Program-made: the position numbers and the translations under genes
Shown: one piece after another, positions 12,495-24,699 of the stretch
How the letters are laid out: the number at the start of each line of letters is the position of its first letter
Position numbering within the stretch: position 1 is the stretch's first letter
Source: Octopus sinensis
Taxonomy: Eukaryota
Length of the DNA: 64,000 nucleotides
Direction of reading: 5' to 3'
NCBI RefSeq assembly: GCF_006345805.1
Contig: NC_043001.1
Location: forward strand, 23,436,001-23,500,000
Notes under the pieces: model-generated
What the model saw: the letters and a program-made list of their open reading frames with translations, nothing else
What the model was told of the DNA's origin: nothing
Database searches by the model: none

Positions 12495-12620
12495 GTGGTG
12501 AGCTGTCAGAATAGTTAGCACGCCAGGCAAAATGCTTAGTGGTATTTCACCTGTTGCTATGTTCTGAGCTCAAATTCTACCGAGGCCGACTTTGCCTTTC
12601 ATCCCTTCAGGCAGGGTTAG
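12495..12620 (+). mobile_element. tRNA-derived SINE (GGCGGCGAGCTGGCAGA-head family); other copies at 37487-37710, 63945-64000 and 21740-21900
   Basis: Shared head and GTTCTGAG(T/C)TCAAATTC B-box-like segment in several copies. Confidence 0.75.
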
Positions 12621-12809
12621 CCTTAGGAGGTGAGGGACCCAATTGGGAACAATTTTGGTGGGCCCCAGTTTCCCAGTCAACTTGTACCAAGATGAGTATA
12701 TATATGTATGTATATTTATGTACGTGTGTGTATGTGTGTGTGTATGTGTGTATGTATGTATATATGTATGTATGTGTGTGTATATATATACATATATATA
12801 TATATATAT

Positions 12810-13270
12810 CATCGTCATCATTTAACGTCCACTTTCCATGCTAGCATGGGTTGGATGATTTGACTGCGGCTTGGCGAACCAGACTCGAATCCGATCTAGC
12901 AGAGTTTCTACAGCTGGATGCCCTTCCTAACGCCAACCACTCCGAGAGTGTAGTGGGTGCTTTTACGTACCACCGGTACGAGGGCCAGTTTGGTGGTACT
13001 GGCAACGGCCACGTCCAAATGGTGCTTTTTTTATGTGCCACCTGCACAGGAGCCAGTCCAGCGGCACTGGGGACGTCCTCGCTCAAATGTTTCACATTCC
13101 ACTAGAATAAGTGCTAGTAAGGCGATGCGGTAACGATCACGCTCGAATGGTGTGCTTAACGTGCCACCGGCATGAAGGCCAGTTTGTTGCTCAGGCAACG
13201 ACCTCACGCGTATGGTACTCTTAGCGCTCCACTAGCAACGGATGCCAGTCACCAAGTTTGATTTCGATTT
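12810..13270 (-). mobile_element. RTE 3'-UTR copy, (GAT)n-tailed family; further copies at 28172-28345, 29180-29540, 33050-33135, 37860-37950, 38815-39033, 40795-41000, 41440-41640, 48155-48320, 52610-52810 and 58678-58940
   Basis: Each shares GTTGGCGTTAGGAAGGGCATCCAGCTGTAGAAA and the (GAT)n tail with the RTE copies at 4784 and 19755. Confidence 0.8.
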
Positions 13271-13277
13271 CGATTAA

Positions 13278-13498
13278 CCCTTTAGCATTTAAACCGGCCA
13301 TATCCGGCCAAATGTATTCTGCCTGTTTTATGTTCAAACTGGCCATATCTGGTCTCTCACACCAACCCTACAATGTCGTTTTAAAAATTAACAGCTACCT
13401 CATCAAAATCTCAAAGCTGCAAGATAATGCGTGATTAGTTCAAAGCAATGTGGATAAAAAAGTATTAATTTTGGCAGAATAATGTGAACACTAAGGGG
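13278..13498. mobile_element. piggyBac-type MITE; inverted sister copy at 46029-46247
   Basis: TTAA|CCCTT...AGGGG|TTAA: TTAA target duplication with CCC/GGG termini. The same internal sequence appears reversed at 46029-46247. Confidence 0.8.
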
Positions 13499-13499
13499 T

Positions 13500-13553
<54 letters not shown>

Positions 13554-13646
13554 ATCCAACATGAACAAAGAGAAAACACAACAACGCGAGGACGTGGAGC
13601 AAGTATAGTGTTATTGGATGCTCAGGAAAGGAAAGAAAGAAGAAGG

Positions 13647-13681
13647 ATTCAACGTTTTGAGCAGAGCTCTTCATCAGAAAC
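13647..13681 (-). ncRNA. minimal type I hammerhead motif, probably inactivated (G12>A), in a PLE-like terminal fragment (13550-13690)
   Basis: Minus strand: GTTT CTGATGA A GAGC TCT GCTC AAAA CGTT GAAT. GAAA is changed to AAAA at a CpG; helix III is the ACGT palindrome. Confidence 0.55.
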
Positions 13682-13726
13682 ATAAATATAATGTATGTTT
13701 GTATATATGATATATATGTATGTGTA

Positions 13727-14124
13727 TACTCTTTTACTTGTTTCAGTCAGTTGACTGCAGCCATGCTGGAGCACCGCCTTTAGTTGAGCAACTCGACCCC
13801 GGGACTTATTCTTTGTAAGCCCAGTACTTATTCTATCGGTCTCTTTTGCCGAACCGCTAAGTGATGGGGACATAAACACACCAGCATCGGTTGTCAAGCA
13901 ATGCTAGGGGGACAAACATAGACACACAAACATACACGCACACATATATATATATATACATATATACAAAAGGCTTCTTTCAGTTTCCGTCTACCAAATC
14001 CACTCACAAGGCTTTGGTCGGCCCGAGGCTATAGTAGAAGACACTTGCCCAAGGTGCCACACAGTGGGACTGAACCCAGAACCATGTGGTTGGTAAGCAA
14101 GCTACTTACCACACAGCCACTCCT
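13727..14124 (-). mobile_element. full-length tRNA-derived SINE with internal (TA/CA)n; other copies at 14140-14520, 15745-16135, 36444-37010, 41715-42112, 42466-42865, 45286-45700, 48535-48928 and 50920-51328
   Basis: Head AGGAGTGGCTGTGTGGTAAG (A-box-like), GGGTTCAGTCC (B-box-like), CTTGGGCAAGTGTC, and a conserved tail. Compare with the described octopus OK/OR SINE families. Confidence 0.85.
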
Positions 14125-14964
14125 ATGTCTATGTTTATATATTCTTTCATTCTTTTATTTGTTTCGGTCATTTGACTGCGGCCATACAGGAGCACCACCT
14201 TCAGTTGAAGAAATCAACCCTAATACTTATTCTTTGTAAGCCTAGTACTTATTCTATTGGTCTTTTTTGCCAAACCGCTAAGTTATAGGGACGTAAACAC
14301 ATCAACATTGGTTATCAAGTGATAGTGGGGGAAAAACACAGACACACAAACACACACACATACATATATGATGGGCTTCATTCAGTTTCTGGCTACCAAA
14401 ATACATCACAAGGCTTTGGTCAACCCAAGGCTATAGCAGAAGACACTTGCCTAAGGTGCCACACAGTGGGATTGAACCCAGAACTATGTGGTTGGGAAGC
14501 AAGCTTCTTATCACACACAGCTACATATATATATATAATACACACACACATGGCACCGTGTTGGTGTCACGTAAAAGCATCCAGTCCATACTGTAAAGTG
14601 GTGGCGTTAGGAAGAGCATCCAGCCACAAAAACCATGCCAAAGCAGACAGGTGCTAGACTCTTTTACACATACACATCCATTTAGCCTTTTGCTTTTATC
14701 ATTTTTTATTGTTTGCTTTCTTTAATACATACAACATACATAAAATACATATATATTGAAATAATAAATTTTCCCCCAAATTAAACATATACGAACATGT
14801 GTGGTAAGTAGCTTGCTTACAAACCACATGGTTCCGGGTTCAGTCCCACTGAGTGTCACCTTGGATAAGTGTCTTCTACTATAGCCTCGGGCCAATTTGT
14901 GAGTGGATTTGGTAGATGGAAACTGAAAGAAGCCTGTTGTACATATATATATACATATATATAT

Positions 14965-15387
14965 ATAGGTTATAAAATGAGATAGGGGTTGAAAATTCAA
15001 CCCACCATGGGATAATATATATCCAATATACTGCTAGATAGGTACCCAACAAGACTAATACATAGATGTTAAAAATTGCCAAACAATCAGTTCATCTATT
15101 GTATTATATGGGTAAAGGTAATAATATTACCGTAAATTAATACTACAAAATTAGAAAATGGAGAAACATACTTAAATCAATAAAACATCAACTATCAGAT
15201 GATACCCAATCAATACTTTATTATACCATTACATATCAGTAAAGGCATTATACAAAATATACAGTAAAAGTAAATAGACAAAGAGATATAAGTATAAAAT
15301 TTCAGCTGTCAGATTTGATTTAATTACATAGTATATTTGAAATTTTATACTTATATCTCTTTGTCTATTTACTTTTACTGTATATTT
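14965..15387 (-). mobile_element. PLE-like terminal repeat (family B) with 50-bp fold-back at 15255-15387
   Basis: The minus strand matches the sequence downstream of the 31952 hammerhead and 32690-32900 (GGGTATCATCTGAT..., ACCCCTATCT end). The inverted arms are directly visible. Confidence 0.6.
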
Positions 15388-15389
15388 CA

Positions 15390-15417
15390 TATATATATAT
15401 ATATATATATTATATAT

Positions 15418-15466
<49 letters not shown>

Positions 15467-15519
15467 TACATATATACAAGTATATATATGTATATATATA
15501 TATATATGTATATAATATG

Positions 15520-15552
<33 letters not shown>

Positions 15553-15760
15553 GTATATATACATGTATATATATATATGTATATATATATGTGTGTGTGT
15601 GTATATATATGTATATATATATGTATATGTATGTATATATATATGTATATATATGTATATATATATGTATATATATATGTATATATATGTATATGTATGT
15701 ATGTATATATATATATATGTATGTATGTATATATATGTATGTATGTATATGTTTGTGTGT
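15390..15760. repeat. (TA)n/(TATG)n microsatellite; similar tracts at 28060-28170, 28345-28730, 31480-31760, 56500-56730 and 58170-58680
   Basis: Directly visible; source of the IYIY/YIYI ORFs. Confidence 0.95.
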
Positions 15761-16151
15761 CTGTGTTTGTCCCCCCCCCCCATCATTTCTTGACAACTGA
15801 TGCTGGTGTTTACATCCCCGTAACATATTGGTTTGACAAAAGAGACCGTTAGAATTAGCCCTGGGGATCGATTTGTTTGTCTAAAGACGGTGCTCCAGCC
15901 TTTAGTAAACAAGTAAAAGAATATGTATATATTATTCTTTTATTTGTTTCAGTCATTTGACTGCGGTCATGCTGGAGCACCACCTTTTAGTCAAATGAAT
16001 CAACCCCCGGACTTATTCTTTGTAAGCCTAGTACTTATTCTGTCGGTCTCTTGTGACGAACCACTAAGTTATGGGGACATAAACATACCATCATCAGTTG
16101 TCAAGCGATGGTGGGTGAACAAACACAGACACACGCACATATACCTATATA

Positions 16152-16209
<58 letters not shown>

Positions 16210-16215
<6 letters not shown>

Positions 16216-16368
16216 AGAGTAAATAATTTCTATAAAGGCTTTTAAAAAAACCCCAATTATTTACTGGTAGAATTCGGTATGTAAATATAGCCGATTACCG
16301 GCAGGAACTTCTGTAAAGTTCAGTATATATATTAAAAGCCTTTATAGAAATTATTTACTCTTATTATT
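16210..16368. repeat. short fold-back (about 36-bp arms) next to (TA)n
   Basis: TAATAAGAGTAAATAATTTCTATAAAGGCTTTTAA and its exact reverse complement. Confidence 0.8.
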
Positions 16369-16992
16369 ATATTACTATTTGGATTTTTCACTCCCTTATG
16401 ACAACCCAATAGTTCCTAATCATATGGAACTATTTTTGTAGTGCGCATGGCAAAATTTTGGAGGGAAGACTTACGAATTCAAACGTCTATGTAGGTTTAG
16501 CTTTTGCTCACTTTCTTCAAATATTTTGATGTCGCATGGTCAGAAGGTTTGAGGTACGTAGCATTTGATAAATCTATGATAAATCTTTTTCAATGGAAAG
16601 CTGTGCTGAAGAAGGATGTGAAATATATATGCAATGTATATGAAATATATATCAAAAATATATATGAAATATATATTCAATATGTTTATAATCCAGAAAC
16701 ATGATGTTCACAGATAACCACCAGACTTCGTTTTCCTTATCTATTCCTTCTGTTTTGCATATGTGAATTACAGGGTTTGTCGTGCCCGGAGTCCAACTTT
16801 GATAGAAATAAGCATTCTTGACTGCTATTTCTATTTTTTCGGTATGCGGTCAAGCAACCTGTTGCCTGTCCCTTTTTCTTATATATATATATATATATAA
16901 AATATTATTAGAGACAAAACCACTATTTTGCAAAACAAACAAGGAAAGACTTAATCAATACATAAAATTTTAATAAATAGTAAAAAAAAACG

Positions 16993-17035
16993 CCACTACA
17001 ATTGTTTCTTGTCTTGATCGACAATCTTCAGGTGG
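16993..17035 (-). ncRNA. type I hammerhead ribozyme, intact core
   Basis: Minus strand: CCAC CTGAAGA TTGTC GATCAA GACAA GAAA C AATT G TA GTGG. Confidence 0.8.
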
Positions 17036-19487
17036 ACTTCCAATCTAAAATATCAATATTTTAAAATATAAAAATAATAATTTATACCCGTGCATGAATA
17101 TACACATGGAGACTACCACACAGGTACAAATGTGTATAGTAATGGGAGCCCCATCACTACACTCAATGTATACTCTCACCCATCCGCACGGATGTGAAAG
17201 TGAATCTCCGGTGTATATGTTGAGGCTTATATGAGGCGCTGTGGAGGCGAACGTCGTTGAAATTGTGAATGAATGGGTGGAGTTGGGAATTGTAACCGGG
17301 TGGTGGACTAGCGTTGCTTGGAATTGTGAATGGAATAGTGTAGTAGTAAGGCAGGCATCGAGAATAGATTTGGGTTACTGCAAGTTGTTGTTAGAGCTGC
17401 TAAGATGAGCTAAAGCTCATAAATGTATATAATAATTTATCATGGTAGTTTTTTAAAGATCCATTCATAATTTTTTTTTTTTTTTTTTTTTTAAGTAGTG
17501 TTGGTTTGCCACGTGGATATAGTTTTTAGTTCCATTTATTCTATTTCTCCATTCATAATTTAAATGACGTTTACTTTCCATGGCGCGTATTCTTTTTTTA
17601 CATAAGTTATATTTCTATGGTAACGTAATTTTGGTTTGATTTTTTAACGGCTAAGAATTTAATTTCATAATTTGAAACTGACTTGTAAGTATGTATTTTA
17701 TTTCTCCTTATGTCATATTGTTATTTTTGATATTCTGGTTAATTACGATGTATTTAATGTTGTTTTTCATAGGAGTGTTTATGTATATGAGATTGTGTGT
17801 AAGTTTTTAGTTGTATAATTTATTTATCTGTATGAGTGTGGGTGTGTAAATATTGTTGTATATATCGAGTTTAGTGAGTATGTATATGCGTATATGTGAG
17901 GGAGTATATGTATCTGTTGTGTGTGTGTTTTTGCGTGTGTGTGTGTTGTGTGTGAATGTGTATATGGGTTTGTTTTTAGGTTTTGGGATGTATGTGTTAA
18001 TTTGTCTGTGTGGGAGGGAGTGGGTTTTGGTGTATATTGAGGTTTATAAGTTAGTATAGGTATGTGTATAAGTCGTGGGTCTGTGGTTTACGTGTGTGTA
18101 TTTGTGTGTGAATGTTTAGGTTAGGGGGATTGCTATATAGGTTTGTTATAGAGTTTAGCAAGGGAGATTTTATCGTTATATGTTTTTAAGAGTTTTGTTT
18201 TATCATGGTTTTTTTAGGGAATTCGTGGTAATTTGTCTATTTTCGATGTTGGTTGTTTTATTACATTGTTTCATTCATAATTTTTGAGTGGTGTTCGTTT
18301 TGCCACGTGAATATTATTTTTAATTCCATTTATTCCATTTCTCCATTCATTATTTTAAAAGATGTTCGTTTCCAGAGCGGTTATACTTTTATACATATGT
18401 TAAGTTCCTGGTAAAGTAATTTTGTTTGGTGTATATGTTGAGGCTTATATGTACTTGTGGGTGTGTGTGAGTGGGGTGGGTGTTTGTATTTGTTATGGGT
18501 GTGTGGTTTACGTGTGTGTATTTGTGTGTGAATGTATAGGTTAAAGGGATTGCTATATTATATGTTATAGTGTTAGTAAAGGGAGGTTTTATCATTTATG
18601 TTTGTGAGTTTTAGCTTATCATGGTAGTTTTATAAAAAGAATCCATTCATAATTTTTGTGTTATTTGTCTGTGTGGGGTTGAGTGGGTTTTTGGAGTATA
18701 TGTTGAGGTTTATATGTATGTATAGGTATGTGTAAGTGGTGTGGGTATTTGTATATGTCGTGGGTGTGTGGTTTACGTGTGTATTTTTGTGTGTGAATGT
18801 TTAGGTTAGGGGGATTGCTACATAGGTATGTTATAGAGTTTAGTAAAGGGAGATTTTATCATTATATGTTTTTATGAGTTTGGTTTATCATGGTAGGTTT
18901 GTTAGGGAATTCGTAGTAATTTGTGTCTATTTGCGATGTCTGTTGTTTTATTGCATTGTTTCATTCATAATTTTAAGTAGTGTTCGTTTTACCAAGTGAA
19001 TATAATTTTTAATTCCATTTATTCCATTTCTCCGTTCATAATTTTAAGTGATGTCCGTTTTCTAGAGCGTGAATGTGGGTTTATGTGTGTGTGTGTGGGA
19101 GTATAAATAAGTATTGTGTTGAAGTATTTAGCTATTTTATTTATTTATAGTTGCCTAGACGTTTTTATGTGTATGTATAGGGATATATATAGGTGTGTGA
19201 TTTAGTGTATGTAGTTAGATATGGTTATATATAATTAGGTATATGTGTATGGGTGTATATATAGTTTATTATTATATTATTATTATTTTTTTGTTTTGTT
19301 TTATATTTTATATTTTATATTTAATTGTTGATAGGTTTATTTTAGTTTATATATTGTTTATATATTGATTATATATGGATTATATATAGGTGATATATGG
19401 ATTATATTTATATTTTTTCATTCATACTTTAATTATTTTAAATTATTATTTTTATATTTTAAAATATTGATATTTTAGATTGGAAGT

Positions 19488-19530
19488 CCACCTGAAGATT
19501 GTCGATCAAGACAAGAAACAATTGTAGTGG
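19488..19530 (+). ncRNA. type I hammerhead ribozyme, intact core; predicted cleavage after A19526 (GUA)
   Basis: CCAC CTGAAGA TTGTC GATCAA GACAA GAAA C AATT G TA GTGG: 4-bp helix I, 5-bp helix II and palindromic helix III (ACAATTGT). Confidence 0.8.
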
Positions 19531-19701
19531 CGGTTTTTTTTGACTATTATTAAAGTTTATGTATTGATTAAGTCTTTCCTTGTTTGTTTTGCAAAATAGT
19601 GGTTTTGTCTCTAATAATATTTTATAATATTTTACTATAAAATTGGATTTAATCCTAAATCTGATTTTTTTCCCTGTAAATTTGGATTTATTCCCTAATA
19701 T

Positions 19702-19732
<31 letters not shown>

Positions 19733-19754
19733 TATATATGCATTATTAATATAC

Positions 19755-20965
19755 ATGCATATAAATGAAGCTAGTATGCTCCGATGGATGTGTAACGTCA
19801 GTGTTCATAATCGACAGAGTGTAAGTACCTTGAGAGAAAAGTTGAACCTAAGAAGTATCAGTTGTTGTGTGCAAGAGAGACGTATGCGCTGGTATGGTCA
19901 TGTGATGAGAATGGCTGAAGATAGTTGTGTGCGAAAGTGCCACACCCTGGCAGTTGAGGGGACCTGTGGAAGAGGTAGACCCAGGAAAACCTGGGTCGAG
20001 GCGGTGAAGCACGACCTTCGAACTTTAGGTCTCACCAAGGAAATGACCAGTGACCGAGACCTTTGGAGGTATGCTGTGCGTGAGAAAACCCGGCAAGACC
20101 AGTAAGAACAGTCAAAATCAAGATCAAACCAAATTGAGGTCGATCAACATCAGGGCCCCCGTGCAGGTGACACGTAAAAGTACCATCCGTTCGTAGCCGT
20201 TCGCCAGCCCTGTCTGGCCCCCGTGTAGGTGGCACGTAAAAGCACCATCCGTTCGTGTTCGTTGCCAGCCTGGCCTGGCCCCCGTGCCGGTGACACGTAA
20301 AAGTACCATCCGTTTGTGGCCGTTTGCCCTCTGTCTGGCCCCCGTGCCGGTGACACGTAAAAGCACCATCCGTTCGTGGCCGTTTGCCAGCTCTGTCTGG
20401 CCCCCGTGCCGGTGACACGTAAAAGCACAATCCGTTCGTGGCCGTTTGCCAGCTCTGTCTGGCCCCCGTGCCGGTGACACGTAAAAGCACCATCCGTTCG
20501 TGGCCGTTTGCCAGCCCTGTCTGGCCCCCGTGTCGGTGACATGTAAAAGCACCATCCGTTCGTGTCCGTTGCCAGCCTCGCCTGGCCCCCGTGCCGGTGA
20601 CACGTAAAAGCACCATCCGTTTCGTGGCCGTTTGCCAGCTCTGTCTGGCCCCCGTGTTGGTGGCACGTAAAAGCACCATCCGTTCGTGTCCGTTGCCAGC
20701 CTCGCCTGGCCCCCGTGCCGGTGACACGTAAAAGCACCATCCGTTCGTGGCCGTTTGCCAGCTCTGTCTGGCACCTGTGCAGGTGGCACATAAAAAGCAC
20801 CCACTACACTCACGGAGTGGTTGGCGTTAGGAAGGGCATCCAGCTGTAGAAACACTGCCAGATCTGACTGGGCCTGATGAAGCCTTCCATTCACGACCCC
20901 AGTTGAACCGTCCAACCCATGCTAGCATGGAGAACGGACGCTAAATGATGATGATGATGATGATG
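19755..20965 (+). mobile_element. RTE-clade LINE 3' end with expanded 3'-UTR tandem repeat
   Basis: MLRWMCNVS..QERRMRWYGHVMRM..GRGRPRKTW (RTE C-terminus), about 10 copies of a ~61-bp unit (20150-20790) and a (GAT)n tail. Confidence 0.9.
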
Positions 20966-20996
<31 letters not shown>

Positions 20997-20997
20997 C

Positions 20998-21030
<33 letters not shown>

Positions 21031-21359
21031 CATATATATATACACACACCACACCACATATATATATATATATATATATATATCAATAAATGGTGGGGTT
21101 GTGTTGACCGCACATGGAGAAATGATAGGAGAGGAAAAATTATAAAAAGGCAGAATGAAGGTAAATTAAAATGTAACTTCAATTTAGCATTCTGCTTTTT
21201 TATAACTTTTCTTCTCCTATATATCCGTCTACCAAATCTACTCACAATGCTTTGGTTGGCCCGAGAAAACACTTAGCCAAGGTGTCACGTAATGGGACTG
21301 AACCCGGAAGTATGTGGTTGGTAAACGAGCTACTTACCACACAACCACTGCGTGTATGA

Positions 21360-21391
<32 letters not shown>

Positions 21392-22019
21392 TTAATACAC
21401 TTTATTGAAATAAAAGAAGTTTCCCCAAAATTAAACATATTTATAACTGACACACAAACATATACACTCATATATACATACAATTCACCCACATACATCC
21501 TCTCACAGTCACAAATATTTTACCCAAAATATCCCCATAAACACTCCCAAACATTCACATACAATAAATTTCTTCAAAATTCAGGGGCTTTTGGGATGAA
21601 TGAGTTTGGCTTTGGATATCTTTTGTAGCTAAAGTGTAGAAAGTATGGTTCTTTCCCTTTTTTTTTTTTTTTTTGAAGACCATGTATAATTTAAAAAAAA
21701 GACTTCAGAAAGACCACCTTTATGAAATGTCGCAGTATAAAATGTGGCCCTCTTGAGTGCGGGTCCCGATTGGGAACAATCGGTTAAGGCTGGCCCTGCC
21801 TTCGGGTTCGATAAATTAAGTACCTGTGAAACATTGCGGATCAATGTAATCGACTAGTCCCCCCCCTCCAAATTTCAGGCCTTGTGCCTATAGTAGAAAA
21901 GATTTTTTTTTTTCTCTGGAGCTTTTCGTATCTCTAAGTGCAAAACAAGGATGCTGTGCACTCTTAATAGAGATAGTGAGTTGAAGTAATGGAAGTGTTG
22001 GAAACGACTGTCATAACAA

Positions 22020-22366
22020 CTAATCGAACTCCAGATAATAATAGCAACAACACTTAATATATAATGAATGATTAGAAATAGCTACCGACAGACGATTTCT
22101 GTACGTTTAACATAACTTTTCGAAATAATTTTGACAATACTTCGAGACTTTGATATTTCACCCTCGGTTGATTGCATTTATTGAACCAAAGGAAATGAAA
22201 ATTAGTTTTGACAGTATCAGATAAACTACATTTTTGTTTGTTTGTTTCTCGAATGAGCTCACACAATCGATTATTTATTCATATCGCTGGAAATAATCAG
22301 CAGTAGCTAGATACAACTGTTCTAGTTTGTTACTTTGTCATAAGTTTAGTGGACCATAAGTGCTCG
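22020..22366 (+). promoter_or_regulatory. candidate non-coding first exon/promoter (CpG-enriched, ends at a strong donor)
   Basis: Non-repetitive sequence, locally rich in CpG, ending TGCTCG|GTAAGT (GT at 22367). No transcript evidence is available. Confidence 0.3.
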
Positions 22367-22692
22367 GTAAGTACATATCATTTTAAACTCCTGTCTTTTG
22401 TCACATTTTTATAATTTTACTTTCATTAACAATTGAAGAAATACAATCAACCCTAATCTACACACACACACACATAATTTTCCCGGATTCTTATATATTT
22501 AAAGGAACACTGAAGATTATAGCTTGATGTTAACTCCTTGTCTATTTTTTAAAAATTGATAGCTTATATAACTCCTTTTCTATTTTTTAAAAAATTTATA
22601 GCTTATATAACTCCTTTTCTATTTTTTAAAAAATTATAGCTTATATAAGGAAAAAATTAAAATAGGAAATATATTTGTAAACCTGGATTTAA

Positions 22693-22910
22693 CCCTTTCG
22701 TTACTGTATTTATTTTGAGATGCTCTGTGTGTCTTTCAATTACTTTAAATATAACAAAGAATTTAGTAAAATAACTTAGTTATCATTAAGCAAGTGTTAG
22801 GAACGTAAATTGTGACTAAGGTTTGGTGGAAGATTTTAATCCAAAACTTACAAAAACAAGGCATTTGTACTCAGAGCCAGAGCCAGTTTCAGCCGGGTTG
22901 GTAACAAAAA
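22693..22910. mobile_element. piggyBac-type MITE family 2; copies at 46380-46597 and a complete copy at 63585-63805
   Basis: TTAA|CCCTTT terminus and shared internal sequence. The copy at 63585-63805 has TTAA on both sides. Confidence 0.8.
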
Positions 22911-23060
22911 GCAACTAAAACTTAAAAGAAAATATTCCTAAGTTTTATTTTTATAAACACAGCTTACAAACTAATGTCAAACTATATGTCAAACTAATGT
23001 CAAACTATATTTATAATTAAGTAAGGGTAGAAATTGATATTAATCAATATATAAATATAT

Positions 23061-23117
<57 letters not shown>

Positions 23118-23209
23118 GTAAGGGTTGAAATTGATATTAATCAATTAAAACCAGTGGCTTAGCATATTTTTAAAAATCCAAAGATTAACAATTTTTTTAC
23201 ATTCAAAAG

Positions 23210-23315
23210 TTAGAGGACTGACCACTAAAAGTTGACAGTCTATATGCTAGATATAGATGTCAAAATCGCTATATCTAGCATATAGACTGTCCACTATTGG
23301 TGGTCAGTCCTCTAA
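23210..23315. repeat. fold-back inverted repeat, adjacent to a (TA)n-anchored terminus at 23110-23200
   Basis: TTAGAGGACTGACCA...GACAGTCTATATGCTAGATATAG is mirrored across a 12-nt loop. Confidence 0.8.
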
Positions 23316-23327
23316 ATTTTGTGTGTG

Positions 23328-23367
<40 letters not shown>

Positions 23368-23579
23368 TATATACACACACACACACACACACGCACATTT
23401 GTATTTATATGTATGTATCTGTCTGTCTGTCTGTCCATCTATCTATCTATCATCTACCTATCTACCTACCTGTCTGTCTGTCTATCTATCTATCTATCGG
23501 TCTGTCTGTCTGTCTGTCTGTCTGTCGGTCTAAAAAGTATATAGGTTTTGACCATTATTGGCCCATGACATGACCCTGT

Positions 23580-24010
23580 AGGTCATAATCTACAATCCTC
23601 GAGTAGTGGGGGATTGTTTGTCAAAATGTATCAGTGGTGTCTCTGGTATCTCCTGGAGGAATTTGTTCAGGTACTGTTTGAATTTTACGGGGGTGGGGGA
23701 GGGTCTTTTTCTTTTATTTCTTTCAGGATAATGTTGAACAAGGCAGTCCCAGTTAAGCCGCAGTGTTATATAATGTGAGATTGAGGACATATGACACGTG
23801 CCTTGACTTTTGGGTGACTTGCGAAATTGATATTAACGTCGTTTGGAAGAGTTTTCTCATTGTACAAATGGTGTAGCGCTCTCGGCAGAACAGAGAATAA
23901 GCTTGAGCTTTTTGAAGTAATTTCTGTAGTCAAGTCTGACACGCCATTTCCTCTCTCTTTTTGTCTGGGGGTGCTATTCTCATTATGTTTTGTTTTGTGT
24001 AGGACGACCC
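23580..24010 (-). mobile_element. LINE (Jockey/L2/CR1-group) ORF2 3' fragment
   Basis: The minus strand reads ...SLFSVLPRALHHLYN... and FKQYLNKFLQEIPETP, resembling the FK..LD..L..IPD.P C-terminal motif. Confidence 0.5.
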
Positions 24011-24030
24011 ACTCCACAGTAACCAATAGT

Positions 24031-24545
24031 GGGATCTTTCCGGTTTGAACGGCAGTTTTTTTCTACAGTGTCATATGAAATTGTCACCCATAATTATGAC
24101 CCTAGTATCGATCTATTGCATTTCAATCTGTTTTAGAGTTAGGGGTGCGGGGAAGGGTATCTTTTTTTTTTTGCACAAATGTAAATAAACCCAATCTGTT
24201 TCTTAAACAAGGGACATATTCATACGGCACAGAATGTTTCTTTTACCTCAATAGACGTCAGTGATTGGTTGAAATTGCAGAAATTGAAGAAAAAAAACAA
24301 CAAATATCTTACAAACTATAGAATTTTCTCAATAAAACCACGAGAAAAAGGGATCTTTTCCTTTTGATGGACGGAATTTTCTAGTTAACTAAACAATTTG
24401 AAACTTAGTATACTGGTAGAATGTGTCAAAAGAAAACATCAGAAAAAGATGTTTTATAAACACATTCTACCAGTATACGAAGTTTAAAATTTTTTAGTTA
24501 CCTAGAAATTATGTTAAAAACTGCCGTTCAAACCGAAAAGATCCC
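24031..24545. mobile_element. MITE with ~30-bp terminal inverted repeats
   Basis: GGGATCTTTCCGGTTTGAACGGCAGTTTTT ... AAAAACTGCCGTTCAAACCGAAAAGATCCC. No clear TSD, so the superfamily is not assigned. Confidence 0.8.
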
Positions 24546-24699
24546 AACAATGTTCAAAGTGACACCTAAAAAACGTCGAAAAGAGAAAGATTTTCTGACA
24601 TTAGGATCTCCAGACTGGAAAGTTCATGGGATCTCCGAGCACATTCTGCGGGCCATACTGATGTGTGCACTCCAGCTTATGTTGCTATCCACAATTACA

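Larger units (their letters stand above)
16896..19703. mobile_element. PLE-like element: ~188-bp inverted terminal repeats (16896-17084 / 19439-19626), each with a hammerhead, around a strand-skewed tandem-repeat body
   Basis: The arms are near-identical reverse complements. The right arm extends about 77 bp further to the family 3' end (TTCCCTAATATTT), and both sides are flanked by (TA)n/(TTA)n. Confidence 0.75.

Noticed and set aside
15229-15912. Long IYIY/YIYI-rich ORFs (also at 28192-28903, 56477-56779 and 58017-58716)
   Set aside because: They are translations of (TA)n/(TATG)n microsatellites, which lack stop codons in some frames.
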